Origin: Eledone cirrhosa
Taxonomy: Eukaryota
Assembly (NCBI GenBank): GCA_964016885.1
Contig: CAXHJY010000861.1
Location: 1-64,000, forward strand
Length of the DNA stretch: 64,000 bases
Direction: 5' to 3'
In this document: positions 14,331 to 25,602 of the stretch, piece after piece
Position numbering within the stretch: position 1 is the first letter of the stretch
Layout: the number at the start of each line of letters is the position of its first letter
The notes under the pieces: model-generated
Seen by the model: the letters and a program-made list of their open reading frames with translations, nothing else
What the model was told of the DNA's origin: nothing
Databases searched by the model: none
Position numbers and translations under genes: made by a program

Positions 14331-17300
14331 TTGTCAGCTTACGCACCCCAATCGGGGTTACCAGACGAACTTAAGGATAGATTTTACGAGTCCCTAATGC
14401 ACACTACTGTTCTAACAAACGACAATGACTTCCTAATCATCGCAGGAGATTTTAACAGACACGTAGGTAAACACTGTGACGGCTTCAATAGAGTCCATGG
14501 AGGCCACGGGGTTGGCACAAGAAATGAGGAAGGATTCAGACTTCTAGAATTCTGCGACGCCAATGACATTTCGATATGTAACACAAACTTCAAAAAACCC
14601 GACAACCACCTGATCACCTATAGGTCAGGGGAGCATTCTAGTCAGATAGATTTTATCCTCATCAGAGGACATGACAGATGGACGGTCGTAAACACAAAAG
14701 CCTACCCTAGTGAGGAATGTACCTCCCAACATAGCTTAGTTGTCAGCGACCTCACGGTCAGAACTAGACGAACCTGGAAACAGAGGCCAGCCTGGAGAAG
14801 AAAGATCTGGAAGCTGAAAGACCCCTCAACCAGTAACAAATTTAAAGATATTTTACTCAACGCCTACGACAGTAAAGAACAGATAGAGACATTCAATGTA
14901 GAAGAGCACTGGGAGTTCCTAAAAAATAACTTACTAGAGGCGACGGATGAAGTCTGTGGCTGGAGTAAGACCACAAGCAGGAGGAGAGTGACTTGGTGGT
15001 GGAACAATAAGGTAGATCAGGCAGTTAAGGCCAAGAGACAAGCATGGAAAGAATGGAAGAACGGGGGGAGCAGTGTACATTACATAGAGACTAAGAGGGA
15101 AGCTAGGCGACAAGTATACTTAGCTGGGAGAGAAGCAGAGGATAGAAAATTCAAGCATGTTTTGCAACGTGAGGACCAGAAACAGGAGGTGTTCAAGATT
15201 GCGAGGCAGTGTGTCAGAGAGAATTGCGATGTCATTGGAGAGAAGTGTATCCGGAATGATAAAGGTGAGCTTGCTCTCACAAGTGCTGAGAAGAAAGATG
15301 CATGGAAGAGCCATTATAATAGATTACTAAATGAGGAGAATGCATGGGAAGAAGAGACCCTACCCCAAGTAGACCCTATAGAGGGGCCAGCAGTACAAGT
15401 CAGCAGCAACGTAGTAAGTAAGGCAATCAAAGATATGAAGATGGGGAAGGCAACCGGTCCATCGGGTATAGCTGCCGAGATGCTGAAGGCATCTGGGTCT
15501 GTAGGTTACACTATAACCACACGTATTGTTAACCAGGTAATACTAGGTGTCATACCAAAGGATTGGTGCAGTAGCATCATTGTCAACTGCTACAAAGGTA
15601 AAGGTGATGCACTAGATAGAGGAAACTATAGAGGTATAAAGCTGATGAACCAGGTCATAAAAGTAACAGAAAGAGTTATAACACAGTTGATTAGGGACCG
15701 GGTGAAACTAGATGAGATGCAATTTGGGTTTGTACCAGGAAGAGGCACCACCGATGCCCTCTTCCTTGTGAGGCAGTTACAGGAAAAGTACCTAGCTAAA
15801 AGTAAGCCACTCTACCTGGCATTCGTTGATCTCGAGAAAGCCTTTGACAGAGTTCCACGTGCTGTAATCTGGTGGGTTCTTAGAAAACTAGGAGTAGATG
15901 AATGGCTTGTGAAAGCTGTACAAGCCATGTATAGGGGAGCAGTCAGCAAAGTTAGGATTAGCAATGAGTATAGCGAGGAATTTAGCGTACAGGTTGGTGT
16001 CCACCAAGGCTCTGTTCTTAGCCCTCTCCTGTTCATCATAGTCCTGTAGGCAATAACGGAGGAGTTTAAGACCGGATGCCCATGGGAACTGTTGTATGCT
16101 GATGACCTCGCACTTATAGATGAATCAATGGTAGAACTAGAGAAGAAATTCCAAACTTGGAAGCAGGGACTAGAAAGAAAGGGTCTCAAAGTCAACATGA
16201 CAAAGACTAAGGTCCTTGTAAGTAGATGAGAAAACAGAACCCAGATCCCCTCAGGAAAATGGCCTTGCTCAGTATGTAGGAAAGGTGTAGGTAGGAACTC
16301 CATTCTCTGCCCCAAATGCAAACAATGGGTACACAAGAGATGTAGCGGGATTTCAGGAAGCTTAATTAAGAATGTAGGCTTCACATGCAGCAGCTGTGAT
16401 GAGACAGCAAGCAGCAAACAGCCACAGGAAACAAGTACCACCAATCTCTGGGAGGGCTCTGTAGAAACAGTAGACAGCTTCTGCTACCTAGGTGACCAAA
16501 TTAGCAGCGGAGGTGGGTGTTCAGAAAGTACAATAACTAGGGTAAGAACGGGATGGAAGAAGTTCAGGGAACTACTGCCACTGCTAGCTGCAAAAAGCTT
16601 CTCCCTCAAAATGAAAGGCAGACTGTATGATGCGTGTATCCGAACAGCAATGTTACATGGTAGTGAGACCTGGGCGCTGAAGGTGGAAGACTTACATAGA
16701 TTAGAAAGAAATGAAGCCTGCATGCTCCGATGGATGTGTAATAGTAATATATGCGAACGACAAAGCATAAATGAATTGAGAGAGAGACTGAGCATAAGAG
16801 GAATCAAATGCTGTGTGCAGGAGAGGTGGTTGCGTTGGTATGGCCATCTGATGCGTATGAAGGATGACAGCTGCATAAAAAGGTGCAGAGCACTAGAAGT
16901 CAATGGAAACCGCGGAGTGGGGAGACCCAAGAAGACCTGGGATGAGGTGATAAAAGCCGACCTTACCCAATTACACCTCTCAAAGGCGATGACACACGAC
17001 CGTGACCTCTGGTGTCACGCAGTAATACAGAGTACCCGACCTCCCATGGGTACAAGCTGAAGCATATAGACAATATGGCCCCACACCCTTCCACTGCAAG
17101 GTGGTCGTGGAGGTGCCACGGCAAAAAAGCACCCAGCCCACACTGTAAAGTGGACATGTAGGCGCCATGGAAAAAGCACCCAGCACTCACTGTAAATGAG
17201 GTTGGTGTTAGGAAGGGCATCCAGCTGTAGAAACCAAGCCAAAATCAGTTCCTGTATGAGCAAGGCATGGTCAGCCGACCAGACACTGCCCACAACAGGA

Positions 17301-17368
17301 CAACCCGTCTAACCCATGCTAGCATGGAAGAACGGACGTAAAACGGTGATGGTGATAATGGTGATGAT
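14331..17368 (+). mobile_element. RTE LINE family A, 5'-truncated, with in-frame stops and an (ATG)n tail
   Basis: APE motifs (SAYAPQ, AGDFN, SQIDFIL), RT motifs (FVDLEKAFD, GVHQGSVLSP, YADD) and a PHD insert. Stops at 16047 and 16227. Possible TSD ATTTGT (14329-14334 / 17367-17372). Confidence 0.95.
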
Positions 17369-17437
17369 TTGTATCAAATTCATGCACTATAACCATATTA
17401 ATTATTTTTCAGAACATTATTCAATTAACAATTTGCA

Positions 17438-18453
17438 ATGTCCATAGAATTGAAAAGAAAGTTCATTATAGAGAAGCATAAAAAAGGCCTGACTCCACCC
17501 AAGATATTTAAACTGGGGAAAATTTTTAAGATCAATAGAATGTTGATCAAAAGGACAATCGATCGATTTAAGGAAACTTCCTCAACCAAAGACAGACCTC
17601 AATCCGGACGCCCTCGCACCTCAAGAACACCAAAACTCGTTAAAGTGTGAGGGGAAAAATAAGGTGTAATCCAAGAAGGTCCATGAGAAAAATGGCAGAA
17701 GAAGCAGAAACATCACCGAGAACTATGCGGAGGATATGTCGAGATGATCTGGGGATGTCACCCTATAAGTTCCAAAAGAGGCAGCTTCTTTCTGCAGCCA
17801 CAATTGAAAAGAGGCTCTCTAGAAGTAAACTGTTATTGAACCGTATCAAGGATGGCACATTGCAAAACATCATCTTTACAGATGAGAAGTTATTCACTGT
17901 GCAGCAGTCTCACAATCTTCAAAATGATCGAGTACTTGCAAAAAGTCTCAAATCAATTCCTTCAAGTGTAGGAGAAGTGTTCAGACACAGAAACCAGCAT
18001 CAGTGATGGTTTGGGCAGCCATTTCTGAAAGAGGGAAGTCTCCTCTGATTTTTGTGCCTCAAGGAGTTAAAATTAACAAAGAACTTTGCGTAAAGGATAT
18101 TTTGGAAGGAGCACTGATGCCATGTTGCACATCTGTTTATGGCGATGACATTTGGACTCTCCAACAAGATGGCACGACGAGCCACACAGTGGTGTAGAGA
18201 CCATTGTCATGCATGGATCAGTAAGGAAGAGTGGCCACCCACATCACCAGATCTCAACCCTCTCGGTTTTTCTTTATGGTCAATTCTTGAGAGTGAAGCC
18301 TACTCTACTCCTAGCCAAAATATTGAAACTCTAAAATCAAAACTGAATAAAGTATGGGAGAAAATACCCATGGAAACTGTTTGTGCAGCCATCGAAGTCT
18401 TTCCTAGAAGTCTTCGAGCAGTAGTGAGAGCTAGAGGAAAGCATTTCGAATAA
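17438..18453 (+). pseudogene. Frameshifted Tc1/mariner transposase
   Basis: Four consecutive ORF pieces in different frames. The third catalytic D appears mutated (SPDLNPLG). Confidence 0.88.
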
Positions 18454-18560
18454 ATGTTTGTGCAGTTGTTTAATAGTATATTACTTACTGTTTGTTGGAG
18501 TCAGATCTTGAAATAAATGTTTTTTTCAAGAACTATTTGTATTTTATTTGCCCCACCCTA

Positions 18561-18896
18561 TATATATATAGATATATATATAGTATATATATATATATAC
18601 TATATATATGTATACTATATATATATATATACTATATATATATATATACTATATATATATATATACTATATATATATATACTATATATATATATATACTA
18701 TATATATATATACTATATATATATATACTATATATATATATAGTATATATATATATATATACTATATATATATATATACTATATATATAGTATATATATA
18801 TATACTATATATATACTATATATATATATATACTATATATATATATATATATATATACTATATATATACTATATATATATATATACTATATATATA

Positions 18897-18958
<62 letters not shown>

Positions 18959-19026
18959 TATATATATAGTATATATATATATATATATATATAGTATATA
19001 CTATATATATATACTATATATATATA

Positions 19027-19066
<40 letters not shown>

Positions 19067-19110
19067 GATATATATACTATATATATATATATACTATATA
19101 TATATATATA

Positions 19111-19157
<47 letters not shown>

Positions 19158-19237
19158 ATATATACTATGTATATATATATATATATTATATATATATTAT
19201 ATATATATATATATACTATGTATATATATATATATAT

Positions 19238-19269
<32 letters not shown>

Positions 19270-19308
19270 ATATATATATAGTATATATATATATATAGTA
19301 TATATATC

Positions 19309-19346
<38 letters not shown>

Positions 19347-19356
19347 TATATATATA

Positions 19357-19404
<48 letters not shown>

Positions 19405-19702
19405 TATATATATAGTATATATATATATATAGTATATATATAGTATATATATATATATATATATATAGTATATATATATATATAGTATATATATAGTATA
19501 TATATATATACTATATATATAGTATATATATATATATAGTATATATATATATATATACTATATATATATATAGTATATATATATATAGTATATATATATA
19601 TAGTATATATATATATATAGTATATATATATATAGTATATATATATATATAGTATATATATATATATAGTATATATATATATATAGTATACATATATATA
19701 TA
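18561..19702. repeat. Interrupted (TA)n microsatellite of ~1.1 kb with mirror-symmetric interruptions
   Basis: C interruptions dominate the left half and G interruptions the right half. Confidence 0.95.
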
Positions 19703-21245
19703 TGGCATTTGTCGACCTTGAGAAAGCCTTTGACAGAGTTCCACGTGCAGTAATCTGGTGGGCTCTTAGAAAACTAGGAGTAGATGAATGGCTTGTGAAA
19801 GCGGTACAAGCCATGTATAGGGGAGCAGTCAGCAAAGTTAGGATTGGCAATGAGTATAGCGAGGAATTTAGCGTACAGGTTGGGGTCCACCAGGGCTCTG
19901 TTCTTAGCCCTCTCCTGTTCATCATAGTCCTGCAGGCAATAACGGAGGAGTTTAAGACCGGATGCCCATGGGAACTCCTGTATGCTGATGACCTCGCACT
20001 CATAGCTGAATCTATGGTAGAACTAGAGAATAAATTCCAAACCTGGAAGCAGGGACTAGAGAGAAAGGGCCTCAAAGTCAACATGACAAAGACTAAGGTC
20101 CTTATAAGTAGACGAGAAAACAGAACCCAGATCCCCTCAGGGAAATGGCCTTGCTCAGTATGTAGGAAAGGTGTAGGTAGGAACTCCATTCTTTGCCCCA
20201 AATGCAAACAATGGGTACACAAGAGATGTAGCGGGATCTCAGGAAGCTTAATTAAGAATGTAGGATTCACATGCAGCAGCTGTGCTGAAACAGCAAGCAA
20301 ACAGCCACAGGAAACAAGTACCACCAATCTCTGGGAGGGCCCTGTAGAAACAGTAGACAGCTTCTGCTACCTAGGTGACCGAATTAGCAACGGAGGTGGG
20401 TGCTCAGAAAGTACAATAACTAGGGTAAGAACGGGATGGAAGAAGTTTAGGGAACTACTACCACTGCTAGCTGCAAAAGGCTTCTCCCTCAGAATGAAAG
20501 GCAGACTGTATGATGCGTGTATCCGAACAGCGATGTTGCATGGTAGTGAGACCTGGGCGCTGAAGGTGGAAGACTTACGTAGATTAGAGAGAAACGAAGC
20601 CTGCATGCTCCGATGGATGTGTAACAGTAATATACGTGAACGACAAAGCATAAATGAATTGAGAGAGAGACTGAGCATAAGAGGAATCAAATGCTGCGTG
20701 CAGGAGAGGCGGTTACGCTGGTATGGACATGTGATGCGTATGAAGGATGACAGCTGCATAAAAAGGTGCAGAGCACTAGAAGTTGATGGAAACCGCGGAG
20801 TGGGGAGACCCAAGATGACTTGGGATGAGGTGATAAAAGCCGACCTTACCCAACTACACCTCTCAAAGTCAATGACACACGACCGTGACTTCTGGCGTCT
20901 CGCAGTAATACAGGGTACCCGACCTCCCATGGGTACATGCTGAAGCATATAAACAATATGCCCCCCCCCCCCCCACCGCAAGGTGGTCGTAGAGGTGCCA
21001 CGGCAAAAAAGCACCCAGCCCACACTGTAAAGTGGACGTGTAGGCGCCACGAAAAAGCACCCAGCACTCACTGTAAATGAGGTTGGTGTTAGGAAGGGCA
21101 TCCAGCTGTAGAAATCAAGCCAGATCAGTTCCTGTATGAGCAAGGCATGGTCAGCCGACCAGACACTGCCCACAACAGGACAACCCGTCTAACCCATGCT
21201 AGCGTGGAAGAACGGACGTAAAACGGTGATGATGATGATGATGAT
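19703..21245 (+). mobile_element. RTE LINE family A, 3' half with open frame (19702-20943) and complete 3' UTR
   Basis: AFVDLEKAFD...YADD...PHD...RLRWYGHV. 3' UTR nearly identical to 17060-17368. Confidence 0.95.
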
Positions 21246-21317
21246 ATACTATATATATATATATATACTATATATATATATATACTATATATATATATAT
21301 ACTATATATATATATAT

Positions 21318-24288
21318 ATCTATCTATCTATCTAAGGCGGGTAAAATTCCCGAGATCCATGGACGAGTTCTCTCCAGCGGTCTCTGTCCCTCATTATCGC
21401 TGCCATGTCCTGCGTCTCCAACAGACCAGTGTCTGTCCTTAGGGCATCAACATATGTTAACCTTGGTCTTCCTCTTCCAGTGTGTCCATGTAGGGGCTCC
21501 CAAAGGAGCACGGAGTGCAATGTCAACTCTGGATGTCGGTGAGCATGTCCAGCCAACCTCAGTCTCCTCTGTGTCACTTTTGAGCTGACTTTTGGGAGGC
21601 TCCCATACAGCTCTGAGTTTTTCATCCTCAGTGTATACTGATTAATGTTCAGAGCCATCCTCAGCATTCTCGTGTAGCACCCATCCACCATCTGAGTGAG
21701 TCTCTTGGTCAGTGTCCAAGTCTCAGACCCATACAGCAGCACAGACTCCACTACAGCAATGAAGAGGCGGACTTTCAGGTCTCTACGAAGGTCCGACTTC
21801 CACACCGATCTCAAGCTGTGGCACGCTGCCCAGGCCTTGCTCTTCCTCTCAACCACATCATCTTCCGTATTCCCAATCTTTGCTCCCAAATACAGGAAGT
21901 CCTCAACCAATTCCAGCGGCTTCCCGCCTACATTAGTGATCCCCTCTGGCTTCTCAACATTCTCTACCAGATATTTTGTTTTAGTCTCATTCATTCTCAG
22001 CCCCACACTCATCGACACAGTCTCAACCTCCCGCATCAAATCCTCTGCCTCCTTCACTGTATTTGTCACCAAAACTATGTCGTCGGCAAATTCAGCATCC
22101 GATACCTTTTTCGCCCCAACTCTCCTGCTCTGAGCCGGTGCTACAGTAAAGCCAGAGTCCTGGTGTTTCTCCAGTGCAAGGCGCATACAATAGTCCACTA
22201 CGATGATAAAAAGGTAGGGAGCCAATGTATCTCCCTGGAGCACTCCAGCCAGTATCTCAAAGAACTCTGTCATCCCATCAGGTGTAATGACTTGGGCTTT
22301 GGTGTTGGTGTAGAGCAGTGATATCAGGTCCACTATCCTCTTGGGGATTCCATAAGCCTGTAAGATCTTCATCAGGCAGTAACGGTCCACAGAATCAAAG
22401 GCCCTCCTAAAGTCAATGAAAACCATGACCGCAGGAAGGCACTTTGCTCTAGCTCCCTCTAATATCCTCCTCAGCATCAGGATGTGACTGGTGGTTGATC
22501 TACCCTCTCTGAAGCCGTTCTGGTTGTCCCTGAGCTTCTTCTCCATCTCAGGCTGGATCCTGTTAAGAATCATCCTGTTGAGGGTCTTTGCCACAAGTGA
22601 CGTCAGTGAGATCCCCCGGTAGTTGTTGGTGTTAGAGAGATCTCCCTTCTTTGGCACTGGGACGATGTTACTGATCCTCCACTGATTCGGGGCAACTCCC
22701 TTCTCCAGTGCCCCGTTACAGAACCCCAGGATGATATCATCAAAATCACACCACTTCATCACCTCTGATGCTACTCCATCTTCTCCATGAGCCTTGCCCT
22801 CCTTGATCTTCTTCTTGGCTCTCTGAAGCTCCTCTCTGGTGAAGGGCTCTGTCTCAACATCCAGTTCCTCAAACAGCCGCCTGATCTCCCCAGTGCTCTG
22901 GGCTGTGGAGGGTGGCTCTCCTAGTAGGGTCCTAAAATGGTCTAGCCATTTCCTCTTCCTATCCTCGGGCCCCGTTCCCTGGATCTGACTCGAACACCTT
23001 TTCTTCCTCCCTGTGATCTCGTTGATGATCATCCAGCTCTCCTTACATCCAGATCTGTCAACCGCTCTCTCCACACTTCTGATCTTCTCTATCAGTGCCT
23101 CCTCTCTGACCTCAGTGTAAGCGGTACAGAGCTCTTCCCTCATCACCTCCACAGTCTCCATCCTCTCCTCCGTAGGATCAGCATAGAATTGGTCCCTGGC
23201 AGCTTTCAGGTGTTCTCCGGCTGCACACACTTTTGGGTCTGCAGAGCTGACGTGCTTCCCTTTGTTCTTTTTCCTCGGCACCAGGGTTTCACTTGCTTTC
23301 GCCACTGCATTGGTGAAGTGCCCGTACCTCCTCGTCACACTCTCCTCAGTCCATCCAATCTCTCTCTCCTCTGACTCTCCACACAGAGCACTAAACCTGT
23401 TTCTCACTTCCACTGTGAACCTCTCCTGTAGCTTATCATCTTCCTTGAAAGCTCCCCAGTCATAGATTGTTCTCCGGGGCTGAGCCTTGCTCTTTCTTAA
23501 GCTCACGCGGACCTCACTCATAACAAGCCGGTGGTCACTACCCAGTGTACTGAAATAGCTGTATGGTTCCGTGTTCAGAACACTATTCCGCCACTTTTTC
23601 CTCACCAGAATGAAATCAATCTGGGACTTGGACAGGTGCACATCTGAGATGTAGGTCCACATCTTCCCCAGATTCTTCCTAAACCTTAGGTTGGTCGCCA
23701 TCAAGTTCGCCTCCAGCAGGGTGTCTCTCAGTAGTCTTCCATTTCGGTTGGTGTTGTTATGGAAGTACCAGCAAGGATCTTCACTGCCCTCCTTACTCAG
23801 ATGTGCATTGAAGTCCCCCAAAACAAGCAGGATATTGTGTGCCTGAGTGGTGTTGACAGCTCTACACACTTCCTCATGGAACTCCTCGGCATTCACATCA
23901 CTGTCCCCCTCGGTTGGACTATAGGCTGAGATGACTGTCAGTCTTGGGTTTCCATTGAAGGTCACCCTCAACACTCGCGGGGAGATAGGCATTATTTCCC
24001 TCACCAACAGATTGGTTTTTGCACTGAACACAAAACCCACTCCTCCTACTGCAGCATTTGTTGTGTTCTTCACTGCCGATGTAGTGATGAGCCGGCTCTT
24101 CCTCCCGATCATCACACTCCTCACGGGCTCATCGTGTAGAATCCTGTGTTCTTGGATCGCAAGTATCTGTATACCACTCTCCTCGAACAGATGTCCCAAC
24201 TCCTCTCTCTTCTCCAGCGTTCGAATAGTCCTCACATTCAAAGTGCCCATTTTGATGGCTCTTCTGCAGGACAAAACTGCATTCTTTA
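21318..24288 (-). mobile_element. RTE-clade LINE (family D) with uninterrupted APE-RT ORF, no 3' UTR, (TAGA)n tail
   Basis: Single 980-codon ORF. The stop TAG runs directly into (ATAG)n. Embedded in (TA)n on both sides. Confidence 0.93.
21332..24274 (-). CDS. LINE polyprotein: apurinic-like endonuclease plus reverse transcriptase
   Basis: GTLNVRT, LAIQEHR, SAYSPT, LGDFNA, SQIDFIL, SDHRLV, NYRGISL, FIDFRRAFDSV, GVLQGDTLAPYLF, FADD, YLG, RLRLAGH. The true start is uncertain (first ATG near 24250). Confidence 0.9.
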   Translation of the reverse strand: MSCRRAIKMGTLNVRTIRTLEKREELGHLFEESGIQILAIQEHRILHDEPVRSVMIGRKSRLITTSAVKNTTNAAVGGVGFVFSAKTNLLVREIMPISPRVLRVTFNGNPRLTVISAYSPTEGDSDVNAEEFHEEVCRAVNTTQAHNILLVLGDFNAHLSKEGSEDPCWYFHNNTNRNGRLLRDTLLEANLMATNLRFRKNLGKMWTYISDVHLSKSQIDFILVRKKWRNSVLNTEPYSYFSTLGSDHRLVMSEVRVSLRKSKAQPRRTIYDWGAFKEDDKLQERFTVEVRNRFSALCGESEEREIGWTEESVTRRYGHFTNAVAKASETLVPRKKNKGKHVSSADPKVCAAGEHLKAARDQFYADPTEERMETVEVMREELCTAYTEVREEALIEKIRSVERAVDRSGCKESWMIINEITGRKKRCSSQIQGTGPEDRKRKWLDHFRTLLGEPPSTAQSTGEIRRLFEELDVETEPFTREELQRAKKKIKEGKAHGEDGVASEVMKWCDFDDIILGFCNGALEKGVAPNQWRISNIVPVPKKGDLSNTNNYRGISLTSLVAKTLNRMILNRIQPEMEKKLRDNQNGFREGRSTTSHILMLRRILEGARAKCLPAVMVFIDFRRAFDSVDRYCLMKILQAYGIPKRIVDLISLLYTNTKAQVITPDGMTEFFEILAGVLQGDTLAPYLFIIVVDYCMRLALEKHQDSGFTVAPAQSRRVGAKKVSDAEFADDIVLVTNTVKEAEDLMREVETVSMSVGLRMNETKTKYLVENVEKPEGITNVGGKPLELVEDFLYLGAKIGNTEDDVVERKSKAWAACHSLRSVWKSDLRRDLKVRLFIAVVESVLLYGSETWTLTKRLTQMVDGCYTRMLRMALNINQYTLRMKNSELYGSLPKVSSKVTQRRLRLAGHAHRHPELTLHSVLLWEPLHGHTGRGRPRLTYVDALRTDTGLLETQDMAAIMRDRDRWRELVHGSREFYPP

Positions 24289-25200
24289 TATATATATATA
24301 CTATATATATATATATATACTATATATATATATATACTATATATATATATATATACTATATATATATATATACTATATATATATATATATATATACTATA
24401 TATATATATATACTATATATATATGTATACTATATGTATATATATACTATATATATATATATACTATATATATATATATACTATATATATATATATACTA
24501 TATATATATATATATATATACTATATATATATATACTATATATATGTATACTATATATATATATATACTATATATATATATACTATATATATATACTATA
24601 TATATATATATACTATATATATATATACTATATATATATATATACTATATACATATATACTATATATATACTATATATATATACTATATACTATATATAT
24701 ATATACTATATATATGTATATATGTACTATATATATATATACTATATATATAAATATATATATACTATATATATATACTATATATATATATACTATATAT
24801 ATATATATATATACTATATATATATATATATATATACTATATATATATACTATATATATATATATATATATATACTATATATATATATATATACTATATA
24901 TATATATATATATATATATACTATATATATATATATACTATATACATATATACTATATATATACTATATATATATACTATATACTATATATATATATACT
25001 ATATATATGTATATATGTACTATATATATATATACTATATATATATATATATATATACTATATATATATACTATATATATATATACTATATATATATATA
25101 TACTATATATATATATATACTATATATATATATATATATATATACTATATATATATATATATACTATATATATATATATATATATATACTATATAGTATA
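24288..25200. repeat. Interrupted (TA)n/(TATATAC)n microsatellite with an internal ~0.3-kb duplication
   Basis: The diagnostic pattern TATACATATATAC...ATGTATATATGTAC occurs near both 24645-24730 and 24940-25020. Confidence 0.9.
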
Positions 25201-25201
25201 T

Positions 25202-25573
<372 letters not shown>

Positions 25574-25602
25574 ACATATATATATATATATATATATATA
25601 AA

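Larger units (their letters stand above)
14253..18560 (+). mobile_element. Tc1/mariner DNA transposon (DD37D/maT-like), decayed and interrupted by an RTE LINE
   Basis: TIRs TA|CAGGGTGGGGCA (14253) and TGCCCCACCCTA|TA (ends 18560). Transposase pieces at 17438-18453 have GRPR, IFTDEKLFTV, QQDG and WPPTSPDLNPL motifs. Confidence 0.9.

Noticed and set aside
15812-16444. Recurrent antisense ORFs on RTE copies (MVVLVSCGCLL...)
   Set aside because: Shadow frames of the RT. They recur only because the copies are near-identical.
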